A DNA stretch of 64,000 nucleotides from Flectonema sp. DT1601 (lineage: Eukaryota), in contig OZ025786.1 of the NCBI GenBank assembly GCA_964019425.1, positions 248,001-312,000 of the forward strand, given 5' to 3'. Numbering within the stretch: the first letter of the stretch is position 1; every line of letters begins with the position of its first letter. Below, one piece after another: positions 1 through 9,247 of this stretch. The position numbers were made by a program, and so were the translations under genes. The notes under the pieces were generated by a model. That model saw only the letters and a list, made by a program, of their open reading frames with translations. It searched no databases and was not told the DNA's origin.

Positions 1-9
1 ATAAATAAA

Positions 10-95
10 AGACTATTCAGATAAGTCTTACATTTCATTGAACGCAGAGAGAATGAGAAAATAGATAACATTCGACCAACGGACTTTAATAGTTT
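10..95 (-). mobile_element. Degenerate copy of the small inverted-repeat element found in dynamin intron 2
   Basis: Blocks actattcagataag, aaatagataacatt-gac, aacgg-cttt-aa and tagttt occur in the same order as in the reverse complement of 1946..2063. Confidence 0.55.
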
Positions 96-147
96 ATTTC
101 TCTGATATAAAAGTTACCCAACCCAAAAAAAAAAAAAAAAAAAAAAT

Positions 148-2466
148 ATGGCGGAATTAGAAGGGCTCGAAAGACTGCTTCCTGTTGTTAACCAGCTTCA
201 GGATGTGTTCTCAAAAGTTAATATGGTTCACGAACTTGATTTACCGCAAATTGTTGTTGTTGGTGCTCAAAGTACCGGAAAGTCGAGTGTCTTAGAAAAC
301 ATTGTTGGAAAAGATTTCCTTCCAAGAGGCTCTGGAATCGTCACCAGAAGACCTCTGGTTCTGCAAATGACAAAGTTGACCGCTGAAGAAGAAGAAAGTA
401 GAAAAAGTCGTTCTGAAGCAACCGAGTGGGGTACATTTTTGCACAAACCGGGTGTTGTGTATACTGACTTCGTAGAAATAAAAAATGAAATCTCAAGAGA
501 AACTGAACGACTCTGTGGTGACAAGAAAGGTGTCAGCTCTGACCCTATAAGACTTAATGTAACATCTCCAAACTGCTTGGACCTGACAGTTATTGATTTG
601 CCTGGTCTGACTAAGATTGCTGTTGATGGTCAACAAGAAAATATAAAAGAAGCAATTGAGGACATGGCAATTGAATATTGCAAACCTAAGAACACAATAA
701 TACTCGCAGTCACAGCAGCTAATACTGACATTGCAAACTCTGACGCTCTTCAATTAGCGAGAAGGGTTGATCCTCAAGGTGATCGTACTATCGGAGTGTT
801 AACTAAATTAGACTTAATGGATGCTGGTACCAACGCTCTTGATGTCCTTAAGGGTAATGTCGTTAAGTTAAAAAGAGGTTTTGTAGGACTTGTCAACAGG
901 TCTCAAAGAGACATTGATATGATGAAAAATGTTAAGGATTCGTTGGAATCAGAGATGGATTTTTTTAAAAGTCATCCAATCTACTCAAAATATGCCAACA
1001 AGCAGTTAGGAACTAAATTCTTAACTCAGACTCTGAGTGATAATTTATTAGTTCATATTAGGAAATGTCTTCCTGAGTTAAAACAGAATATCGAAAACTT
1101 ACTAAAGCAAACTGACCTTTTACTTAAAGAGTACGGCCAAAGTGAAATGGGACCTGGTTCCAAACTGCTACAGCTACTCTCATCATACTCAACCAGTATT
1201 ATTCAAAACTTAGACGGATCAAACGTACCAGGACAGATTAGCAGTAAGATTGAAAAGACCAGAGGAGGGGCTAAGATCAACAGCATGTTCTCGACGGCAT
1301 TCGTTCCTCACTTAGAAAAATTATCACCTCTGGATAGCATTGACGATGATCAGGTTCAAACAATAATTAGTAGTTGTCAGGGAACTAGAAATAAACTTTT
1401 TATTCCTGAACAGGCTTTTGAAGCACTTTGTAGAATCTGTATCAGGTCTCTCGAGAGTCCTTCTTATAAATTAGTTGACCTCGCTCATGATGAATTAGTT
1501 AACTTAACTGAGGATACTTCACAGTCTTTGGCAAGATATCCTAAATTGCAATCATGTGTATCAGACTACATGAAAATATTTCTTCTTGAGTACAAAGAAC
1601 CTTTGACAGCATTTGTAGGAAACTTAATGGACATGGAAACCGCTCACATTAACACAAACGTATGTTTCTTTTTTTTGGTGACGGGCTAAGGCAAGAACAG
1701 AAATCTCACGTAGAGCATAAGGGTAAAAACTTGCTCGATACGCGATCTTCAGTACCGATCCACGGTGTGAAAGCATGGCCTAATAACTTTATCACTTTTC
1801 TATTCATTCAAACACAGCATCCTGAATTCTACAACGGAGGATCAATTGATTCTCTGATCGTGAGCTGGACGCAGTCAAAGCCTGATACGACTCCCCAGAC
1901 AGCGGTATGTTATTTCTTTTTTTGCACCAAACGAAGTCTGAGAAGAAACTATTCAGATTAAAAGCCGTTTATTTATTATGTCAAATGTTATCTATTTCCC
2001 TGTGGGCTCAGTAAAACTAGCTGAGATCAACAAAATATATAAGGCTGCTTATCTGAATGGTTTATTTTAAATTTTAGTCATGAAAAATATATTTTTTTTT
2101 TCAAAAAAAATTAAATAACAGCAACTACCTACTGCTGATGATATGGAGTACACGGGAGTAGCTGATCCAAAGTCACAAAGAGAGATGGAAATTATCAGAG
2201 AATTGGTGTCAACTTACTTTAAAATAACAAAGAAACACATGCAAGACCACGTTCCAAAAGCTATTATCCATTTCTTGGTTAATCGGACAAAGGAGAATAT
2301 CAATACCAGGTTGGTAGAAGAATTTTATAAGGAAGAGTTGTTTGAAACACTTCTTGAAGAGAAAGACGACATCACAAGGAGACGTATGGCAGCTCAAGAG
2401 ATGGCAGCCAGCTTGAAGGAGGCGTTGAAGACGTTAGAAAAAGTAAAATACTTTCGTCTGTCTTAG
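148..2466 (+). CDS. Dynamin-related GTPase (DRP1/Vps1-like; GTPase, middle and GED domains, no PH domain), 3 exons: 148-1659, 1818-1904, 2122-2466, ~647 aa
   Basis: Motifs LPQIVVVGAQSTGKSSVLE, DFLPRGSGIVTRRPL, DLPG, TKLD. Splicing GTATGT..ACAG introns 1660-1817 and 1905-2121 restores HINTN|HPEF and joins the GED (YFKITKKHMQDHVPKAIIHFLV) in frame. Confidence 0.95.
1686..1782 (+). pseudogene. Fragment of cytoplasmic LSU (28S-type) rRNA, domain V, inside dynamin intron 1
   Basis: ctaaggcaag-aacagaaatctcacgtagagcataagggtaaaaacttgctcgat..ttcagtac..gtgaaagcatggccta follows the conserved eukaryotic LSU block CTAAGG..GAACAGAAATCTC..GTAGA.CA.AAGGGTAAAA..TTCAGT..TGAAAG..GGCCTA as I recall it. About 9-10 nt are missing after gcaag; the gcaag/cttgc helix is kept. 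Confidence 0.85.
1946..2063. mobile_element. MITE-like ~118 bp element with imperfect terminal inverted repeats, in dynamin intron 2
   Basis: Left end aaactattcagattaaaagcc versus reverse complement of right end aaaccattcagataagcagcc. A related copy lies at 10..95. Confidence 0.55.
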
Positions 2467-3294
2467 GTCTTTTATCGATCTGTTTGCCCTTATACTTTCT
2501 TCATTCTAGCTTTGTTCATTTTCGTATTAGACGTTACATTTTTATTCTGCAATCACAAGTGAGTTGTCATACCCCCCCCTTTTGTTATTTTATTTTATTT
2601 TTAAAAAAAGAGGAAAATAAAAAAAAAACTTTTTTTTTTATTAAAAAAAAAGACGTAGTACAAAATTTTAGCGAAATCGCCCAAAAGCACTTTTTTTTTT
2701 GAATGCGCCTCCCTGAGTGGGGGTGCACCCATCTAAAAAAGGTTTTTTTTATTTTTTCGTTAATAAATTTCTGTGTGAGTTTTCTTCATTGTTCATCCCT
2801 ACCGGCAGGCCGTTGTTTTTTTCGGCTCTGGTCAGTTCCTCTCGTTGATTTCTTTGTTTAAGGGGGGTTTTTTATTATTATTTTTTTTTTTTTTGGTATC
2901 CCTTTGCTTCGCTCAACCACATGAAAACACTAACAAAAGAGAAGGCTTCATCCATTCCAAAATGTTACGATACCTTAAATACAATCCCGTCAGCCCCAAG
3001 AAGTATGAATTCCGCAATTAGTAGGGAATTCCTCATGGCTCGGTAGGCGGGTCAAACAAAAGTTTGAAAAAAAAATAGAAACAAGTCATGACTCCCGTGT
3101 TTTAACATTATCCAGTAAATGAAATTTTTTTTTCTTTTCTTTTTTTTTTTTTCTATCCTAAGGTTTCTGCCTCCTTTGAGAGAAGATGTAAAAAAATACA
3201 AAAAAAAAAAAAAAAAAGTGGGTTACCAACCTGACATCACATTCTCTGTATGGATATCTATGTTTCTTTCACAGTAGTCTCTACAATAAAAAAA

Positions 3295-3783
3295 ATGAAT
3301 AATTTTGTTTCTCAAAAAGCAGCGAATCAAATTCGACAGGAGATTGTTGATGACTACGCGGAGAAATTAACTCTGAAGGACGAAGAGAAAGAAAAGGCAA
3401 ACGAAAAATGGTTCGGAAGAGGACTGATAGAAAAACTAGAAGAACCGATTGCTGAAAAAGTTATAACAGCAAAATGTCCAAAAGGTCATTCTCTAGAAGC
3501 CACTCCAAGAGAAAAACCTTGGCTATGTCAGGGATCATCAAAATGGAAACCACGCTGCTGCAACGGATCTCACAATAGCAGTTCTCACTATTCATGTACA
3601 GTAGAAAGCTGTACTTCTTGGGATGGTCTTTGTGAAGAACATTTTCACCTTAAAACAAAAGAAGCAGTTAGCAATGATAAGGCCTCATACATGACAAGTT
3701 ACATCCTTAATCGTTACAACAGACCAACTAGACATATTTCACCACCACGACCTAATAGGGGAACCACATTGTCATTTCGATAA
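3295..3783 (+). CDS. Hypothetical protein with a Cys/His-rich putative zinc-binding domain
   Basis: ORF 3250..3783. ATG 3295 follows a ttctttcacag acceptor-like site and an A-run. Pattern CPKGH..W.C..CC..YSC....C..DGLCEEH. Confidence 0.7.
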   Translation: MNNFVSQKAANQIRQEIVDDYAEKLTLKDEEKEKANEKWFGRGLIEKLEEPIAEKVITAKCPKGHSLEATPREKPWLCQGSSKWKPRCCNGSHNSSSHYSCTVESCTSWDGLCEEHFHLKTKEAVSNDKASYMTSYILNRYNRPTRHISPPRPNRGTTLSFR

Positions 3784-3928
3784 AAAAAAAAAAAAAACCT
3801 TTGTTTTTGTTTACAAAATAGATTATATTATTATTTGTTATTGTTATGTTTATTGGTTTCCCACAATTTTTTTTTTTTTTCCCCACGTAACCGTCATTTC
3901 TACACAAAGAATAAAAACACACAAAATA

Positions 3929-6243
3929 ATGAATGTACGAAGTCTTAATACAGTAGCCGCTAGGCTACATACCTGTCGTAGATTCAACAAATCAAAAGTT
4001 GGTTGGCAAGGATCGGTTTCAACGAATAAAGATCCAGAAGATGACGTGAATACAAAATTCCGTTGGGATCAACCAGTAACAACCATAGACAAGAATGCAC
4101 AACAGGTAGGATACGGTGAGATAGAAGCTTTACGAAAACAAGAACCCTCAGCTGATATAACATCACTCGTAATGAGGATGATTAATAAGAAGGAGGTTCA
4201 ACATTTAATAGCCGACAGTCTCACTCCATACGATCAACTTGATCCTGTATTAATATCAGCTTTACTTAGAGACGAATTGGATGATTTCTTACAAAAACGA
4301 AACGTCACTTGCGATGAATTCAACGAAGACTATTTAATTGTTAGAAATCCAAAAACTACATCGTATGAACTTCGTCAAGCATTTCGTAAAAAGTATGTTT
4401 TTTTATTTTTTATTTTTTAAGAACCCTTATGGAGATAAGAGCGCAAAATTTCCATTGCTAGGCAGGTAGAGGTCTGTACCTGGTTTGGTGCCATATCGTG
4501 CGCAAGAAATAATGTCCTCGTTAACCCACTACCCATGTGAGAGACTTACTTATGTTGTCCACTGAGTAGATGTTTTCTCGTACTTCACATTTTATTTATT
4601 TCTGTTTGAATTCTTTACCTTTAAAGCGCAGAATTTCCATTGCTAAGCAGGTAGAGGTCTGTACCTGATTTGGTGCCATAAACTGCGCGAGAAGTAGGTT
4701 GATTTTTTTTTTTTTTGTATAGCAACGCTCCCATGAAACAGATAAAGAAGTCATGAACTCAAACTTCTTTTAATCTCAGCCGTTTAGTTAAGGGAGCCCT
4801 CCATGTTGGTTTGCCTTTTACACTTTTAATTTCAAAAGCGCAGAATTTCCATTGCTAAGCAGGTAGAGGTCTGTACCTGATTTGGTGCCATAAACTGCGC
4901 GAGAATACCAACTAAGTGAGTCTCTGTTGTTATAATTTATTAACAACAACAATAACAACAACAGGTATCACTTCAATCCGTATGCAGTCACATACAAAGA
5001 AGAAGAATTGATCATAAGTGATGAAGACGCTAAGAAGCTTCGATACAAAACAGTTACAGTAGCATGGGAGAAGACATCCATAGCGATAGAATATAGAAAG
5101 TGGGAACAGAAAATGGAAGAAATTTTTGATTTTGGTTTCGCTGCACCAGAACTAATTGAGTTGAAGAAGATTGTCAATACGCCCAAAGGACATTCAGCTG
5201 TATCGCTTTATCAACATAATACTCTTGGTGTACTGTACAGAGCTTTTATGTACACAGGTCGTATAGACGGATTAGGTGCAGAGAAGCTATTCTCACCAAG
5301 GTATCTTCCGACGTGGGCTGAAGTTGATGACATTTTTAAACTTGATTTGGCAAAGCCTCACCAATGGAAGCCACTTTCTGCCACTAAAGCCATTGATAAG
5401 GTCAGACTGCTTGATGACTACAACAGAGATTATAACGGGTATTTTCATAACGTATCTTATGCAACTTTTATGAGTTATTTTTCTGATTTACATATGAGTG
5501 CTTTACCTCTGAAATACCATTGTAAGTGTACTGGAACTCTGATTGTACCCACACAGGAATATATTGATTCTTTAGCGACGTATCTCGTGGAGAGATCGCT
5601 TGCGTTTAAGTCAATTGATGTTCCTGTTGTGGAAGTTGGATCAGGATCGGGTAGGCTTTCATATTTCTTGAATGAAAATGAAATTATTAAAAAAGCGGGA
5701 CTGACAGTAATCGCAACAGATCAGAATCCAATCACCTCTCATGGTCTTTTAGGAATTCCAAGCAACGACATCGATCTTTTTAAACCGTTTAAAAACGAAG
5801 CACTATCTCACGAAGAAGCCGTGTTAAAGTATAAACCAGCCATCATAATCTCTCAAATGACACCTAACGGAGTTGACTGGACTGCGAGTTGGAGGTCAAA
5901 ACCTTTCGTTTTAGAGTACGTCCTTATCGGGATACCTGACTCGCCATCAAGTGGTAAAGCATGGCAAACATGGGGTGTTGTTTGGGGATCTGCTTCAGCA
6001 GTTCGTATCATCCCTCCATACGTAAGAGATGGGTTTAAAAAAACATATTTAGATAACATCTCCAGGTATCTCATAGGACAGGATGAACATGGTCAGTGTC
6101 AAGGTCTTCACAGAGCTGTGTCATTTAAGAGACTGACAGCACCAGAGCATATTATAAGAAGACATTTAGTTCCAAAGATGGTACCAATTTTATTCGTGTC
6201 ATTCTTTATTGGGTTAGCGTATCTGTCGATGCCTGAAGAGTAG
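3929..6243 (+). CDS. Class I SAM-methyltransferase-like protein with C-terminal TM helix, 2 exons: 3929-4392, 4965-6243, ~580 aa
   Basis: Intron 4393-4964 (GTATGT..ACAG) joins the two ORFs in frame. Motif I VVEVGSGSGRLS, then VIATD. Hydrophobic tail ILFVSFFIGLAYL. Arg-rich, acid-free N-terminus resembles a mitochondrial presequence (inference). Confidence 0.8.
4441..4510 (+). ncRNA. Candidate single-hairpin AGA-box (H/ACA-like) snoRNA, copy 1 (diverged)
   Basis: Basal stem gcgca/tgcgc, internal loop, apical stem caggta/tacctg, AGA at 4505-4507 lying 14 nt from the top of the pocket; 70 nt. Confidence 0.7.
4626..4695 (+). ncRNA. Candidate single-hairpin AGA-box snoRNA, copy 2
   Basis: gcgcag/ctgcgc basal stem, caggta/tacctg apical stem, AGA at 4690-4692; identical to copy 3 up to just past the AGA box. 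Confidence 0.75.
4838..4907 (+). ncRNA. Candidate single-hairpin AGA-box snoRNA, copy 3
   Basis: Same fold, AGA at 4902-4904; identity with copy 2 ends right after the box. Confidence 0.75.
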
Positions 6244-6452
6244 CCTTTTCATACGAGAATATCGTGAAAATAGTCAGTTCTTAAAGAAATTGAAAACTCG
6301 TATTCAGCCCTCTGTGAGATTATTAATCAATCACTACCTTAGTAGTGTGATGCCGTGTAGGCTTTTAGATAATCGTTTTAGTATCTCAGTTCACGCATTT
6401 AGAATTATACAAATTTTATTTTATTGAAGTAGCAATATAATAATAAAAAAAA

Positions 6453-9077
6453 ATGAAAATACCATCAACGAGGATGATCGATGACATGAAACTTAGATTA
6501 TTCAATCAAGAAGTTAATCGTTTCCCTTACAGAGCAACTACACGACTGGGATTTATATTAGTTGGTAGAGCCAGTCATAGACTTGATGAAATGGCGAGAT
6601 GCCTAACCGCAGCGATCTGGGGAGATGTAAAAGCAACTATTGACATCACATTGTTTTTGTTATCTCCTGATGGAGGTGAAGTTTCCTTGGTTAAAGTTGA
6701 CGTTGTGAAATTTAAAGAAGCAGTTGGACCTGTTCCGGATGAAGAAACAATTATAAAAAAAGTACTCCAGCTTGGTAAACGTGCTAATAAACACCCAACT
6801 CTAAAAGAATGTATTCTCACGGAGTCTTTCTTACAACAGTATGATGACAATAGTGATGTTTTAGTAGAGCTACACGAAGATGCTCAGTTAACTCTGGCAA
6901 GTGGTTTTTCAAATAGCAATTTGAAAAATTCACAAAAACTATCATCGATAAGAAAATTATCATCTGAATGGAATCGAACATTGTGGCTTTTTGGAGTACA
7001 CGAAGATTTCCTTAAAGAGGTCAGAACAGTTCGAGAACATCTACAAAAAGTACTGCAACACACGATAAGGGTATCTCTAGGACCTGTCTCATTACACAGC
7101 AGTGCGTGTGTTCATGTTGTGTGTGGATTTCTTACTGCATGCCGACCGTCAATACCACATAAAGTTTTCGATAGCATAGCTGAAATTATTTTAGATGATA
7201 AACTTAATAACTTATCAATTCTCAATCCGAGACTACGGGTCTCGTTAGATTTAGAATGTGGAATGAGATGTGTTCCAGACAGGGGAGCCATTCATTTTTT
7301 TATCAAAATAGACAACGATTCCTTACACCCAAATATTACAATACACCTATCAACTATAGCTGCTATATGGGCATCGAAAAGTACGTACAGATCGAGGGAT
7401 ACGAAATTACATTTAATATATGAATCAGACGTTGTTAAAACCTATGACAGAACGCTACTTGATTATATGCCTCGACAGAATGATGATGGAAAAGCTCCAA
7501 ATAATAAAAATGTTTTGCTTGCTTTGGAAAAGTGTAATCTTGAAATGAAATCCTCTGATGTGATAACGACATTGTTGGAGGCGACTTGTAAGAAAAAAAG
7601 TTTTTTAGTATTGGAGTGTTCTGATAGTCATTGGAGTCATCCTCTTCATGTCGATGATGAATTTATTTCGTGTTCTGATCCACGTCCTCGAGAGGAACCT
7701 TTATTCTGTTTCGTTAACTCTCGATGTCCAGATCTCAGTGAAATATCACAACAAAAACAAGTTGTGAAGATGTCAACTTGTATCCGCGGTTCCTCAACAA
7801 CTATCTTCAGTATTGCAATTCCCAGAGTGATCCTTACACTTCAAGGATTGCACAGTTTAGGAAGGCTTAAAGGACTTGTTCGTAAATATGGTTCTTGTGA
7901 GAATCAAATAGCGACTTCAACGTCAAAGAACATAACTGCTTCGGAAGTGTTGAATTTTTGGAACTCAGAGGGATTCGAACTTCAGAGAGAACCCAGTCCT
8001 GGAGATGAAATCATCACTAAATCACCAACATGGACAATCACTGCTCCGGTAGCAGCCGTACGGGCTCAGGGAACAATGGCTTTCTTGGGTGTGTTAACAA
8101 CTACAAATGACCGAATTCAAGTCATATGTCCTCTTAGAGACTGGCCAATTGAAGACATTCACTCAATACGAAAGGCACATGCTGGTGATTATATATCACT
8201 GATAGCGACATCAGGATACACACCGAAGGGAAGACTTTCTTTGTTTGCTTCTAAACTAATATCACATACTGTTGGTGAACCAATAGATCATTGTAACCCA
8301 ACTCTTATTAAAACTTATGAAAGTTTTCTCACATGCATAAAACCAAGTGGTAAAGTAACCCACTTAACCTCCACTACCAGGAGTGGTGATCGACCGACAG
8401 TTGCTTGCTTAGCGACAAAGATGTTTAACGACGGGGGTAGATTATACCCAGTACACTTGGTTGAGAAGGATACTAGTGGATTGACGTTGTTTTCGAAAGA
8501 TTCAAAAAAAACAGAAACCTTATCAGAGATGTTAAGGGTCTCTGCCAAGCAGTTTATTGTTGTCGCCTCAGCATTGGAGGGAGTGACTTTACCTGCTCAG
8601 GGAGATACTTGGATCAATGAAAAACCATTAAAAGAAGTTGTCAGAGAAAAAAAAGATGGAAAGGCAAAGAAATCAGCCAACAGAAGACAAGCCTCACGCA
8701 TACCAACTGAGGCTAGAACTGTATTTAAATGTCTTGTGGAGATACCGTCAGCGAAGGCAGTGATACTTTTAGCAAAACCAGAAACTTCGTGTACCCGTCA
8801 GATAAGAAGACATTTATCAGATATCAATCTTTATATTGTTGGTGATCATCTTCAAGGTACGTCTCTTGTGAACAGAAATTTCGCAAAAACGTATTCGTTT
8901 ACATCCACAGCTATTCATTTCTACTCCGCCACGAATCCAAAGTTCTGTGAGATGGGATCAAACGAAGAAACACTATCATCACCTCTACCTGCAGAACTGA
9001 AGTCATTTATATGTTCAATGCCTTGGGATAAGAAAAGTGTTATTGGAACAGAGTTTTCAATTTTAGCGGGTCTCTGA
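6453..9077 (+). CDS. Multidomain RNA-modification-type protein: TrmY-like SPOUT domain(s) + OB fold + RluA-family pseudouridine synthase-like domain with altered active site, 874 aa
   Basis: N-terminus has RLDEMARC, PDEETIIKK, LHED, FGVHED and RVSLGPVSLHSSACVHVV, in the order of TrmY motifs. C-terminus has KPSGKVTH, PVHLVEKDTSGL, PETSCTRQIRRHL and IVGDHLQG, the RluA motifs with HRLD changed. Confidence 0.75.
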   Translation: MKIPSTRMIDDMKLRLFNQEVNRFPYRATTRLGFILVGRASHRLDEMARCLTAAIWGDVKATIDITLFLLSPDGGEVSLVKVDVVKFKEAVGPVPDEETIIKKVLQLGKRANKHPTLKECILTESFLQQYDDNSDVLVELHEDAQLTLASGFSNSNLKNSQKLSSIRKLSSEWNRTLWLFGVHEDFLKEVRTVREHLQKVLQHTIRVSLGPVSLHSSACVHVVCGFLTACRPSIPHKVFDSIAEIILDDKLNNLSILNPRLRVSLDLECGMRCVPDRGAIHFFIKIDNDSLHPNITIHLSTIAAIWASKSTYRSRDTKLHLIYESDVVKTYDRTLLDYMPRQNDDGKAPNNKNVLLALEKCNLEMKSSDVITTLLEATCKKKSFLVLECSDSHWSHPLHVDDEFISCSDPRPREEPLFCFVNSRCPDLSEISQQKQVVKMSTCIRGSSTTIFSIAIPRVILTLQGLHSLGRLKGLVRKYGSCENQIATSTSKNITASEVLNFWNSEGFELQREPSPGDEIITKSPTWTITAPVAAVRAQGTMAFLGVLTTTNDRIQVICPLRDWPIEDIHSIRKAHAGDYISLIATSGYTPKGRLSLFASKLISHTVGEPIDHCNPTLIKTYESFLTCIKPSGKVTHLTSTTRSGDRPTVACLATKMFNDGGRLYPVHLVEKDTSGLTLFSKDSKKTETLSEMLRVSAKQFIVVASALEGVTLPAQGDTWINEKPLKEVVREKKDGKAKKSANRRQASRIPTEARTVFKCLVEIPSAKAVILLAKPETSCTRQIRRHLSDINLYIVGDHLQGTSLVNRNFAKTYSFTSTAIHFYSATNPKFCEMGSNEETLSSPLPAELKSFICSMPWDKKSVIGTEFSILAGL

Positions 9078-9247
9078 TGGAGCACTCAAGTCGTTTCTCA
9101 ACTACCAATCGTATGATACTTTTTATCTATTGTTCGTAACGCTTTATATCACGTGAATCTGGTTTTTTTTTTTTTTTTTTTTTAAATTAAAGTTGGGTTT
9201 ATTATTTATTCTTTTCTCTCCCTATCAGCTTTTAAAAAGAAACAACG

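Noticed and set aside
4511..4572. Spacer containing ctcgttaaccca (near-antisense to conserved rRNA), CTGA and AGA as another snoRNA
   Set aside because: No proper C box, the antisense stretch is not next to a D box, and pocket-to-AGA spacing does not fit. Worth a scan but not supportable.
4441..4907. Repeat-spacer-repeat pattern as a CRISPR array
   Set aside because: Repeats are 70 nt, spacers are 115 and 142 nt, there are no cas genes and the context is a eukaryotic intron; an AGA-box RNA fits better.
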